A stretch of DNA of 64,000 nucleotides from Octopus sinensis (taxonomy: Eukaryota), in assembly GCF_006345805.1 (NCBI RefSeq), contig NC_043016.1:4774001-4838000 (forward strand), in the 5' to 3' direction. How positions within the stretch are numbered: the first letter of the stretch is position 1; each line of letters begins with the position of its first letter. The position numbers and the translations under genes are program-made. Below are positions 23,350 to 36,339 of the stretch, in pieces. The notes under the pieces were generated by a model, which searched no databases, was not told the DNA's origin, and worked only from the letters and a program-made list of their open reading frames with translations.

Positions 23350-23950
23350 ACGGCTTCTTTAATGGTTTTTGGAGCCGTTGCAAGTGATGGGAAATTGATA
23401 CCTCCTCATTTTATTGAAGCGGCTCTTAAAATCATCACAGCAGAGTATGTCAAAATCTTAGAAGTTTTGATGCCTTGGGTTAGGAAGCATTATGATGCAA
23501 GTAGAATCTTGTTTGTACAGGACTACGCGCCCGCTTATTCTTCGAAAAGAGTGCAAGAATTTTTGAAGAAAGAATTGCCCATGTTTGTCTCTAAAGATAT
23601 CTGCCCCCTCTAAGCTCTCCAGATTTGAATCCGTGTCATTGTTGGCTATGGACGACGCAGTTGAAGCAATATCGAAAGCAACTTCTCACAACTCTGTGTG
23701 GTTTCACCGATGGCTTCGATCAAGCGAGCATTGGGTAAGATGTAAAAGAGAGAAATAGTTAAGACATGCGCATCATTTCGTAAACGGATTGAACTCTGGC
23801 GGTTACATTGAACGGAAATAAGTGCTGAACACTCCACAATATATTGGCATGAACATAAAATTTGCTATGTTCAATTTTTTCGAGTTACATCAATTATGAT
23901 AAAGATATTTAAATGGTCTCAAAACACACGCACGTTTTTGGCAGAACAAA
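23350..23950 (+). mobile_element. Tc1/mariner transposase pseudogene fragment, DD37D (maT)-like
   Basis: MVFGAVASDGK...FVQDYAPAYSSKRVQEFL...ICP, frameshift, then SSPDLNPCHCWLW. Confidence 0.8.
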
Positions 23951-24141
23951 CAGACGAAATAGAACTGAAGCATGAGTATATATACTTTCTTTATATATCT
24001 GATCGGTAGGTCAAAAGTGACTCAAAGACCTAGCGTTTCGTACACGATAAGTTCTATGCACGAAGCACTTGCTCTTGACTAGGTTTTGTAACTTTCTGCC
24101 GATTTAAAATCAAAAATTTTGTATACACAGATAGACACATT

Positions 24142-24214
<73 letters not shown>

Positions 24215-24242
24215 GCACAAACACACATTCACACATACGCAC

Positions 24243-24297
<55 letters not shown>

Positions 24298-26318
24298 AAG
24301 ACACGTAAAACCCCAAAATCACGAAAGGATCTAACGTTGAAATAACGGAATGACATAGAAAATGTGTTTTCAAGTCGTAAGCTACGAATGTGCAGCTTGT
24401 TTCATTCTTAACTAGAGGTCATGTTGGATTAAAATTTATACTTATATAAGTACGTGTAGTTCCTTTGTAGAACTGTAGCAGAAGGAAAGAAAGGGGCAAA
24501 TGTGTTCTGAAAATGCATAATTCAAACAAAATTAAGCATTTCATTGATAATATTCGTACTGAACTCAGTGTAGCCAACATCGACTAATATAATAATTTCA
24601 TAAAGAAATGGAGATTGGCTGCGTAGTGATGAAATTTAAATGTGTAATTATATTGTGGAATTTTGGAGAAATCTTTTATCACCATTCACGTATTCCAAGA
24701 ATTAAGTGGCGCATTTTGCGTGTTTATTTGTGGATTAGAGAGCATTATAATGAATGGTTCAGTGGTTTGTAAATATACTTTATTTTTGTCTGCTTATTGA
24801 TTATTCAGTTGAACGATCTTCTTTATATAAGTACACGAAGAGCGAAAATATATATAGAAAAGAGAGGCGCATCTATGTCATACTGGTTAAAATGTACACA
24901 AATCTAACAAGCCACCATTTAGTAACACAAGTTCTTAATATCGCCAATTTAAATATGTTAATCACAAAAGTCAATAGACAGATTTTTTTAAAGGCCTTAA
25001 CATTTATAATTAAAACCCTAATCCTAACCCTAGTTTGAGTCCAAGGCAGTAAAAAAGATGCTAAGCTGTATTTGTAATTGAGATACCATCCATCAATTCA
25101 CTTTATACTATAAATGAATATCGCTTTCACAAGTTTGTGTGTGTGTATGTGTGTGTGTGTGTATGTGTGTGTGTGTGTGTAAGTGTGTGTGTGTGTGCTT
25201 TGGCAAATGAGTGTTATGATGAATATACTGAGTATTTACAACAATAATTGATATATTTTATATTTTAAATTTTTATATTCCATTAGATTTTATTCTAAAC
25301 ATTGTTCTGCACAGACTAAGTAGAGTTACTGCTCTAAATTCAAGCATTACTCTGGATGGATCATAAGTGGGTTTTTGTTTTCCTTTTTTAAGTGTTTTAT
25401 TTCCTTCGGAAGTACTTTTTGGACAATCTTTTAACCATTCCCCACGCTCCTCGCACGCGACTATTCCGCATCTACTCCCATTTACGGAAACATAAAAAGA
25501 GCTAAAGATTTGAAATTATCTACACAGTATGCACCCCCCCCCCCACACACACATACACGGACACATACACAGATAAACGCAAACACTCATGGATAAAATA
25601 TGTTAGTGGTAGTCAGTAAAAATATATGAGAAACTAAATGTGTGTTTTGGGATATTTATGATGGATCTTACAAATCGTTCGCATCTAAGCACTACACTTT
25701 TACATCTACTAGCTTCTATTAAGGACACACACAAGCTCATGATATATACACTCGTAGTAATTTCCCTGTTCCTATAACAATTCTCGGGTTTCTGTATCTT
25801 TATTATGCAACTTAAGGATGGCTTGGAATTGTACCGCGAAGATGCTTTAAACTGAACGTTTATGTGCATTGAATTTAATTTATCGTTTTGCTGCAAGGGA
25901 TTGAAATAATGTTGACAATAAAGATGAAAATGAAGATCAGAATGCTAAAAAAAAAAAATTGGCGTTATATGAGTGGCTCTAAATATTTGAAGCTGTTTTG
26001 AAATGGTTTTTGTTAGGTTGGGAAGAGAATATTCTTTAGAAGTGTCAGCTGAGGATTTGAATTTTATTCAGAAGCAATTCTAAACTGCCCGTGATGCAAA
26101 GGTTACACGGTTTATTGTTTACCGGTATATCACTTTACGCTTGAAACTATTTTCTGTTTTAAGTCGTAACATTCACTTTTATTTTACAAGTAATTGGCGT
26201 ATGAAATGTCTTTCAAGCAGCTTAAATATTACACAGCGTAAAATTCGATTACTGGCCAAATAGTCGTTTTACTTGTAAATTTTTACTCTAGGTTGCATCC
26301 CCACCGACCATTATCACT

Positions 26319-26319
<1 letters not shown>

Positions 26320-26379
<60 letters not shown>

Positions 26380-26408
26380 CATTATTATCATTATTATTAT
26401 CATCATCA

Positions 26409-26444
<36 letters not shown>

Positions 26445-26495
26445 TATTATTATTATTATTATATTATTATTATTTTTATTATTACTATTATTATT
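26320..26495. repeat. (TAT)n/(CAT)n trinucleotide microsatellite
   Basis: Read directly. Confidence 0.95.
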
Positions 26496-28252
26496 CCCAT
26501 TACGTGCACTATTGCATATTGATCTTTATTTAGCTTGTTCCAGTAACATTAGCTTCCTACAAGGCGAGATTGCAAGGTCCTCGATCAATTTTTATCAATG
26601 AAATGGTCTCGCTCGACCGTCCTGATGTTAGAATGTAGCCAATTCCAAGAAAGAGAAAGAGAGAGAGAGTGGGGGGGGGGTAAGGAAAGAAAGAAGGAAA
26701 GAAAGGAAGAAAGAAAATAATCGACCGGAGTATTTGGCTGTTACTTTATTTGTCAACTCACCTCAAACTAACGAAGGTCAAAGTTGTAGATATAAACAGG
26801 ATTTGAAACTTGAATTCAAGAGATCAGGAATAAATACTGAACGACATTTTATCCAACGCCTAAACATCTTTACATATTCACTGCAATTTTCCCCTCCACT
26901 TCGCCTTCATCCCTTCCTCTTCAATTTCCCTTTACTTCTCCCTCTTTCGCCAGTTTCTCTTCCCACCATTACCTGTCTACTTACGAATGTTCACTTTGCT
27001 TTGCGTTCCCCAGCAATTGTTGTCCGTCGTTCATACACAGAGGCTGTCAAACCATTCCGTTTGTACCTTTCTCCAAATCATTTCATTCTTGAAAGATTCT
27101 GTCGAAATTTTGGAAACGCTAAGCATCACGGCAACATTCTGCTCTTTCTGTTATTTTCCTCCAATCAATGCATTCTCGACGACGCAAACTACCACACGTC
27201 TCCTTACATCACACACGCGTGCACACTCACATATACTCATACATACACATGTATGGGGAAGCCTGTGTGTGCTTGTAGATTATGTTTGTACATAAATATG
27301 TATGTTTACAAACACACACATCTAAGCATACATATACACCAACACATAATGTCCTCATCACTAGCAGTTGACATCGGTTGAACTGACCGTTGCGATCTAA
27401 TTCAGTTTTTATTTGGTGTCACTGTCTCATAGAGGTTTGTATGTTTCAGTTTTGGCTTGGTGTTCTACTATTGAGTGCGTTTTATCATAGTACGAGCATT
27501 CGAGAGGTTGTCAAGTCCTCAGTAACACAATGGGTCTTCTTGATTCTGTGTTCTTTCCACTGACCAAACCATTTAAAAATACACTGAGTGCATTAAATCA
27601 TGTCACTAGCACCAGAGAGGTAATTGCATCCTCAAGAAGAGAAGACTTCGTTTTATGTTTTCTTCACTGGTTTGCTAATAAGTTTACCGCGGGTACATTT
27701 TACCGTGACACCAGCAGAAGAGGATTGTCTCCTAGAGTTTACAGCATTTTTTATACAATTTTCAGCTTCAAATGCATGTCATAAATCCATACCAGTAGAT
27801 TATTCTGTCTTACACTCAATAACTGATTTCTCTTATATATATACACATTCTCATCAATACACCGCCTAATGTTACACATCCAGCGAACCATACTTATTTC
27901 ATTTCTGTCTTGTCTTCACCAGTCTTCTGTATTGAAAGCCCATTATACTCGCGTACATTCTACTTCATATGCATGCACCAATCAATCTGTTTTTCACTCA
28001 GAGAAATAAACTCTTGATATTCTATAAAGATGATAACATTTTATTATTTTTTACAGCCTGTTTTACTATGCTTAGCGCACCTTGTTGCATATGTGTGTGT
28101 GTGTGCATGTGCGTGCAATATTTGTATTTTGGTTGAGCTGACCTCTTGTTACGCAGGAGTTTTCCTTGTTTATTTACTTGGTCATCCGGAAAGTTGTAAC
28201 TTGCCTGATGATTCCAGAGTAGCGACGGACTGACTGACCTGAATAAAATATT

Positions 28253-28476
28253 TATTTCTTTATTGCCCACAGGGGACTGAACATAGAGGGGGACAAACAA
28301 GGACAGACAAACGAATTAAGTCGATTACATCGACTCCAGTGCGTAACTGGTACTTGTTTCATCAACCCCGAAAGGATGAAAGGCAAAGTCGATCTCGGCG
28401 GAATTCGAACTCAGAACGTTACGGCAGACTGCTAGGCAGTTTGCCCGGCGTGCTAACGTTTCTGCCAGCTCGCCGC
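28253..28476 (-). mobile_element. SINE family A with 20-bp TSD
   Basis: TSD ACTGACCTGAATAAAATATT (28233-28252) and ACTGACTTGAATAAAATATT (28477-28496). Confidence 0.92.
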
Positions 28477-28552
28477 ACTGACTTGAATAAAATATTACTA
28501 ACCTCTTATATAATGCTGAGAACTCTTTTTTTCCCGACAGTTAACACTGAAG

Positions 28553-28588
<36 letters not shown>

Positions 28589-28611
28589 CATTAGATACAC
28601 GACTATCTTCC

Positions 28612-28978
28612 ATCTTATACCTACTGATTCAGTCATTTAATGGCGGCCATGCTGGGGCATCGTCATGAACAATTTTAATCAAATGAATCAATCCCGTTAC
28701 TATTTTTTAAAACTCTGGTACTTGTTCTATCTTTCCCTTTTGTCGAACCGCTAAGTTACAAGGACGTTAACACACGAACGCCAGATGTCAAGCGGTAGCG
28801 AAGAACAAACACACACACACACACACACACACATACACACACTCATATATATAATGATTTTACTTTCTGTGTATTAAACCCACTCACAAAGCTTTGGTTA
28901 ACCCAAGGCCATAATAGTAAAAGACACCTGCCTAAGATACCATGGACCGAACCTGGAATCTTCTTATCACACAGTCAT
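28612..28978 (-). mobile_element. SINE family C, diverged, internal (CA)n
   Basis: Tail CAGTCATTTAATGGCGGCCATGCTGGGGCA, 3' body, (CA)n and 5' half. Confidence 0.75.
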
Positions 28979-28989
28979 GCTATACAGTC

Positions 28990-29780
28990 ACGCCTTCGAC
29001 TATATTCAAGTTTAAATTCTTCATCCTTTCTTATTTCATATTTTCTTATTTTCTTATAGTTGGTTACGCATAATAGTGTTCTTATACTCATACCCGATGT
29101 TTCCAGATTTTCAGTCGCATTTTCACCAATTAAATATATTTTAGTGTCTGTTTTGTTACTTATATGTACCATTGAATTCATATAGACTTGACCGCTGGCT
29201 TCATGCGTCAGCAACCACATGTTGATTTGACTGTCACGGTCAATATTTGACCACTAAGTTTTTGATGTGTAAGTTTCCTCGTTAATTTTGGTATTGGAAC
29301 GCAGTATAAGTATAGTTCCAGTAGTTAATCGTTGTTGAATTTTATATCGTAAGTATTCCCCTCTAGTATGTCCTTGTTTAATTATGTTGTTTTTTGGGGG
29401 GTTTTTTTAGTGTGTGCTCAAATGTTATGTGTTGGTTTAATGTTGCTTGTGCATGGTGAGCCTACTTGAGAGTGTTGTACTAGTGTGGGCAATGTAGCTG
29501 TTAATGTCCCGAAGTCTGCAACTTTCAGTTTTACAATCAATATACCTTCGACGGGAAAATCATTACGATTCAACTTGTATATATGAAGCAACATATAAGC
29601 CAAATGTATTTAATTCATGGAGATGAGACTGAGAATGTCTGGAAACGTTGGATATATTCCAAACCAACCGTTAAAAGCTAATAAGAAAATACGAAAACCT
29701 AAAACAAAATAGTTAAAACTTGACTTGAACATTGTTGTAGATTTCTTGAAATCTGCATAAAAGAAAGGCTGTTCCCATAT
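28990..29780 (-). mobile_element. Degenerate Penelope-like element remnants (GIY-YIG region)
   Basis: Minus frame at about 29435-29545 reads RYIDCKTESCRLRDINSYIAHTSTTLSSRLTMHKQH, resembling PLE YIGxTxxxLxxRLxxH. QVYMNSMVHISNKTDTKIY lies near 29150-29200, and a plus-strand KKIRKPKT segment near 29690. Confidence 0.45.
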
Positions 29781-30304
29781 ATGTCGCATATTAGTTTAAT
29801 GTTGCATGTGCAACACGTGTGTGTATGTGTGTGTGTGTGTGTGTGTATATATATACATGCATATTTATATGCATTTATTTATATATATATATTGCACAGA
29901 AATATATATGAATGTGTGAGTGCGCGTGCGTGTACGTATAGAGGTATATCTTGTTTTTCTGACTTGATATATTTACAGAGAGATGCCTCTGTGTATACAT
30001 ATGTATCTGTGTCCGTGTTAGTGCACGCGCGCGCGAGTGTGCGTGTGTGTGTGTGTGTGTATGAGAGAGAGAGAGGGAGAGAGAGAGAGAGAGAGAGTAT
30101 GTAATCTTAAGAGTTAGCATGGTAGAATGCTTAAGAAGCTCACCTCCGTGGTTTTGGGTTGAGTCCTACAACGAGATGCCTTAGGTGTCTTTTACTATAG
30201 CTACGAGCCAGCTAAGGCCTTGTTAGAAGATTTGGCTGGCGGAAATTAAACAAAAAGCACGTTATACATACAAACCTACCTACTTACACACACACAGACA
30301 CACA

Positions 30305-30342
<38 letters not shown>

Positions 30343-30479
30343 CGCGCGCACGCAGGTGTGGAATCAATCATTATCCTGATTAAAGGGACTGTTTTGCTTC
30401 GAAAGTAGTCGCAGATATCAGAAGTGATTGTTTGATTCGACCACCAAAATTTGTGATGAATGATTCCATATCTTATCCC

Positions 30480-31240
30480 GTATCTTACCAAACATTCAAT
30501 GAAATGTTCTTGTCACTATACCACTTGTAGTATAGGTTGCCTATTTAGGCTTAGGCACCGCCTGCAAAGAATACTGTTGCAAAGAATCATGGCTCGATGT
30601 GGTTGTAGAAGAGTTGGCAGCATGCAACCCTTTGTTGAAATAATTTGCTGCAGAATAAGCATTAAGAACCCATTTCCCTCACTTTGAAACTTATCGTAGC
30701 ATTCTTGAAATGATTATGAATATTCTTTAAGATAACATTAAATTCAGTATTTATTAGCGACAAAAGCAATATTAATACCACGAGGGATTAATACTTAAAC
30801 GGGGATTTTCCGTCAGAATAGACTAAACTGCTGTACTTACCAAAATGAGAATTTCTCTCATGGTATCTACGCAGTATAGTTTCTTCCAGCAGAACATCTA
30901 GTTTAAATGGGGATGAATATTAAATTCAGTGGAAAACTCTGCCAACTGTTACAGCAAGATTCTTTGCAAGTGTTGCTACTAACATTTTTATTGGCTCTTT
31001 TGGAAGGGCGTTCTTCTGATTTGGACACATCAACCAAACTGAAATTCTTTCAGCTGAAGTTTTCAAACCACATTCTGCAAGCTCTTTGATTTACTACATT
31101 TCGACTAAAAAGCTTTTGGCTATTTTTGGCCGCCTCTCTTGCATTATTAGAACACTAAAGAAACTCGAGAAGCTCACTGTAGCTTATATGCTCTTTGCTT
31201 GGTTTCGTGATGGGTTATTCATATAGAAAATGAATGTACC
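30480..31240 (-). mobile_element. Highly degenerate mariner transposase remnant
   Basis: Minus strand with frameshifts reads EHI...NAREAAKN...VVNQRACRMWFENF...FSLVD...RP, matching the mariner N-terminal HTH pattern. Confidence 0.5.
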
Positions 31241-31873
31241 AAAATGCGATTGTGGCTCTAAAGGAACATTTCGTGAAATGATTATTAAATCAGTGAGTGC
31301 CATCAATATTTGGATATCCTGCAAAAAAAATAAAGAAAACAAAAGAAGCTTCTACAAGTTCAAATTCGGAATCGGACTAAACTTTCTAATCAACATTACA
31401 CACACACACACACTCAACACATCGTTGCTATTATGTAAAGTGTCATAAGTCCAAATCGTTGCTTTTCAGAAAACGAAAAAAATAGTTTCACCATTCCATA
31501 GCAAAACCAATGTACTACACTTTCACAATTTTTGATACCTTTGAAGCATCTGGAGATACGATAGTTTAACCTAAAGAACCGGCTATTGCAAGCAAAAACG
31601 AATATTAGAAAAAAACGCATTTAACCAAATTTGGACATACGACAGTTTAACATAATAGCAACAGTATGTATCTGTGCGTGCACGCGCGCTTTTGTGTGAT
31701 CGTTTAGATTTGCAGCTGTGAAGACCTATGATGTAAAAAAGCTTTTTTTTAAAAAACAGATAATGGTTAGTGACAAGCGTATCCAGCTGTCAAACAATTT
31801 CTCAATAAATTTGTTGAACCAATGAAAATTTACAAAGTTGTAAAAACAAAGAAACGAATAAAATTAGTGAAAG

Positions 31874-32065
31874 AGCGTGGCTTAGTGGTTAAGGTATTTA
31901 GATCACGTTCGTAAAGTCGAGGGTTGGATTCCCGGCGGCACGTTGTGTCCATAAGCAAGACACTTTATCTCACAATGCTCCAGTTCGATAAGCTCTAGGC
32001 GCTACACAGTGGACTGAACCCAAAACCACATGGTTGGGAAGCAAGTTTCTTACCACACGGCCACA
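31874..32065. mobile_element. SINE D head fragment (+, 31874-31990) abutting SINE C head (-, 31996-32065)
   Basis: GTGGCTTAGTGGTTAAGG...GTGTCCATAAGCAAGACACTTT, then ACCACATGGTTGGGAAGCAAGTTTCTTACCACAC. Confidence 0.65.
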
Positions 32066-33118
32066 TTTGTGCCCAAAAATTACATCTATATCTCTACCTA
32101 CCAACCTACTTACCTATCTAATGACAGAATGGAAATAGAGTTTGAGTGGATGACCAAATCTAAGAGCAAAGAAAGCCCCTTTTTGAGGGGTAAATGTAAA
32201 TAGTTGTGTGGTTGCGTTGAATATAGCTGCATTGCCCTTGGTGTAGTGTCTGCATAGGTGATGAAGGGGTAAGTGTACAAGAGTGTGTGCTTAAACTGTC
32301 CACCCAGATCAGTTTTCACTTTGATTCCTAATCCCCCATGCATGCACTGAGCCACCAATTTATCACTCCTCTTTCAACATACATCTCTTACTCTCTCTAT
32401 GAATCAAGACACAACACCCTGGCAACCCAACCCAATCTTCTTTCTCTCTCACACTTTCATCCTTCTACTGTCTACTCAATCTGTGTTACTATTCTGTTGC
32501 TTTTTACTCACATGAATCATCAGATTACCATTATCCCTTATCCATCATTGACTTAAATCCTCCCCTCAACACCTGTTCTCCATTCATTATACTCTCACAC
32601 ACCTCACACATTCTCTATCACTTGCTCTCACATATACCCTTGCCTCATCTACCCAGCTACAATTCCTGTTGCTTTGACTTCTCTTATTTTTACTCACTGC
32701 GTACCTTGAGCTCTCACCCAGACATCTTATCACCGCTATCATTTCGTTTCAGTGTCACTCCAATAACACTCACTCTCTCTTCCCAGAAGTGAGATACCAT
32801 GTAGCTCTTCTACAGCAAGAAACCTGTTTCACTCTGGTCCCTTCCCCAAAATATAACATCATATCTCCCAACATAAAGTTGGCTCTCTTGGTGTTTGTAG
32901 TTTTGCAAGCTGCATGGTGGCTTCACTAGTGCTGGTGGCATGGAAAATGTACTGGATGCCAGCTGAAATGTGTTGGATCAACCAGCAATAGAAACCATCC
33001 TTTACTAGACAATGTAGGAAAGCATTCCTTGGATCCATCAGATGCTGTCGAGTCACCTGACTCATGCTAACATGAAGCAGGGATATGAAATGATGATGAT
33101 GATATTTGTACCTATATA

Positions 33119-33528
33119 CTCTTTTACTCTTTTACTTGTTTCAGTCATTTGACTGCAGCTATGCTGGAACACCGCCTTTAGTCGAGCAAATCGACCCCGG
33201 GACTTATTCTTTGTAAGCCTAGTACTTATTCTATCGGTCACTTTTGGCAAACCGCTAAGTGATGGGGACGTAAACACACCAGCATCGGTTGTCAAGCAAT
33301 GCTAGGGGAACAAACATAGACACACAAACATATACACACACATACATACATATATATACATATATACGACAAGCTTCTTTCAGTTTCCGTCTACCAAATC
33401 CACTCATAAGGCATTGGTTGGCCCGAGGCTATAGCAGAAGACACTCGCCCAAGATGCCACGCAGTGGGACTGAACCAGAACCATGTGGTTGGTAAGCAAG
33501 CTACTTACCACACAGCCACTCCTGCGCC
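33119..33528 (-). mobile_element. SINE family C, full length
   Basis: (CTCTTTTA)n tail, 3' body, internal CA/TA repeat, core and head to CCTGCGCC. Confidence 0.92.
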
Positions 33529-33656
33529 TATATATATATATATATATTTATTAATATATATATATTATTAATATTTGAAGGAGTAAAATCCAAAACTTAC
33601 AAGGAAAGAAAAATTCAATTTAGAAGTACTAAATCAAATTTCACACAATATAATAT

Positions 33657-33962
33657 ATATATAAAAAATTAGAATAAAACCACCTTTTATCAATTCAAAA
33701 TGAACAATTAAATCACACACATCCAGAAAATTACATATAATAGAAATATTAAATATAAAATAACAATAAAATGTCAAAGATTAATTAATTGCAAAAAATA
33801 ATAATAATAACTTATATAAATTTTTTTGCAAGTTAATTAATCTTTGACATTTTATTGTTATTTTATATTTAATATTTCTATTATATGTAATTTTCTGGAT
33901 GGTGTAATTTAATTGTTCATTTTGAATTGATAAAAGGTGGTTTTATTCTAATTTTATATATA
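33657..33962. repeat. AT-rich fold-back with about 140-bp arms and about 22-nt spacer, in (TA)n
   Basis: 33661-33797 is nearly the reverse complement of 33821-33960. A single-arm homologue lies at 57150-57300. Confidence 0.92.
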
Positions 33963-33984
33963 TATATATATATATACATACACA

Positions 33985-34174
33985 AAGTATGGGGGGTTAT
34001 GGGCTCAGTTCACAGGTGATCTAATGGTTAGGTACGCTAGGTAAGTGTTGTAAGGTGTTTCTAGAGCTGTTTCTGGGATATCCCAGAAACAGCTGTAAGA
34101 CTTTGAATTTTTTGCAATAATAATAATGTACATAACTTGAAATGTTTGCCTTGATGTTTGTTGTCCTCTTTAAC

Positions 34175-34178
<4 letters not shown>
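33985..34178 (+). mobile_element. Penelope-terminus-like element with a perfect 30-bp palindrome and partial hammerhead
   Basis: Palindrome AGCTGTTTCTGGGATATCCCAGAAACAGCT at 34065-34094; TGGG-ATAT-CCCA GAAAC AGCT GTA AGAC; flanked by (TA)n. Confidence 0.5.
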
Positions 34179-34211
<33 letters not shown>

Positions 34212-34267
34212 TATATGCATGTTTGTGTGTTGTGTGTATGTGTACATGCATGAGTGTGTGTGTGTGT

Positions 34268-34398
34268 TTGTGTGTTTGTGGCTTCATGAGAAGAAGTTGG
34301 CTCCCCAACCACATGGTTCTGGATTCAGTCCTGCTGCATGGCACCTTGGGGAAGTGTGTTGTGCATGGATTTGTTGACGAAAAGTGAAAAAAGCCTAT
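34268..34398 (+). mobile_element. SINE family C 5' half followed by (TATC)n(CT)n
   Basis: CCAACCACATGGTTCTGGATTCAGTCCTGCTGCATGGCACCTTGGG...GAAAAAAGCCT. Confidence 0.7.
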
Positions 34399-34404
34399 TG
34401 TGTG

Positions 34405-34467
<63 letters not shown>

Positions 34468-34484
34468 GTATCTATCTATCTATC

Positions 34485-34515
<31 letters not shown>

Positions 34516-34588
34516 CTATCTATCAATCTGTCTGTCTGTCTATCTGTCTGTCTACATATTCTACCTATCCTTCTATCTATCTTTCTAC

Positions 34589-34644
<56 letters not shown>

Positions 34645-34930
34645 CTCTGTCTTTCTGTCTTAATATACTTATATCTCCTACTAATTGCTTAATCATTTGT
34701 GCTGCTATCCATAAATGAGTGGTCAGCTTAATTAAAATTTGGACGAAGGTGCAATGAACTACAATGACCTCAGAGCAGAAACTGGAACTTATTTCATCAC
34801 TGCAAGATTGAAATGCAAATTTGAACGTCTATTTTGGTGGAATTTGAGCCCAACATGAAGGGCTGCGTAACTAAATACTATCATGCTTTTTCAATGTTGT
34901 CCTAACAATTCTGGCATCCCCCCCACCTCT

Positions 34931-34966
<36 letters not shown>

Positions 34967-35062
34967 GATTCTCTGTTTTTCACTATCTCTCAATGTAAGT
35001 CTGTCTTTCTCTACATGTCTCTTTCTCCATCTGCCTGTCTACCATTCTCAATATATGTGTAC

Positions 35063-35505
35063 AACACACACACACACACACTGTCTGCCTATCTCTCTTT
35101 CTCTCTCTCCCTTTCTCTCTCACACTTACACATACTCACACACACACACACACACTGTCTGCCTGTCTCTCTCTCCCTCTTTCTCTTTCTCCCTCTCCAT
35201 TTCTCTCTCCCTTTCTCTCTCACACTTACACACACACACACACACTGTCTGCCTCTCTCTCTCTCTTTCCCTTTCTCTCTCACACTTACACACACACACA
35301 CTGTCTGCCTGTCTTTCTCTCTCTCTTTCCCTTTCTCTCTCTCCCTTTCTCTCTCACACTTACACATACACACACACACTGTCTGCCTATCTCTCTCTCT
35401 CTCCCTTTCTCTCTCACACTTACACACACACACACACACTGTCTGCCTGTCTCTCTCTCTCTCTCTTTCTCTCTCTCCCTTTCCCTCTCACACTTACACA
35501 TACTC
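35063..35505. repeat. Higher-order repeat built of microsatellite modules (six units)
   Basis: Anchor CTGTCTGCCT at 35081, 35155, 35245, 35301, 35379 and 35439, alternating (CA)n and (CT)n with CCCTTTCTCTCTCACACTTACA. Confidence 0.9.
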
Positions 35506-36339
35506 ACACACGTACATACACACACACAAATACATGTGTATCTAATATATGTATACATGCCTAAGTTACTTTTTATCATGATTTTTCTACAAAGGAATTT
35601 TTCGATGAAAACCAATCTGTCGTAAGTGATATGTTGGATTCTAAAAGAGTTTGACTTTTAGTTGAAGATAGTGTAAGTTTACCCGTACACATAAACACAT
35701 GCATTTACACAAATATGTGTTTGCGTGTCTATGTATATGTTTACAAGAGTGTGTCTGTCTTTATAATGTGTGTGTCTAGTTCTTTGTTTATATGAAACAA
35801 GGGTACTTTAAATTTTAATTTCAGATCTGTCATACATAAGTTTTTCTCAATCAAATCAGTTGACATCTCTCAGTTTCAATGCAATTTTTATATTATACCA
35901 TTAATGAAATGAAGGTCCTGGATGGGAGGAGAGGTTCTTGAAGTTGTTATTTACAATCTGGAATGTAGCACAAGTAATATAAAGACACATTCTTCAGCGA
36001 TGTGACAATACTAAATTTAAGGATTTCTAACATAATACACATCGCACATTATTACAACACCAATACATATATTGCTTCTGTGAGGATGGAAGCCAAAGTT
36101 GACTATCACAGGATTTGTGCTCAGAACAGAAAATGGCATTACTAAATAGTAAAAAAAGTAATAATTTTAGTGATCTATCAATTCTGCTAACTATCTAAAC
36201 AAAGTTACAGAACGTTCCAGTTTGGCTTTATTAACAGATGTTATTATCAAGGAAGTGGTGTGAGTAAATTAAAGGACACAGCCTTCAGTAGAGGAATAAT
36301 AATAATAATAACAATAATAATAATAATAATAATAATAGC

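Noticed and set aside
28200-28240. Isolated CTGATGA boxes (also 11428 on plus and about 8371 on minus)
   Set aside because: No stem II followed by GAAA and no stem I pairing, so not hammerheads.
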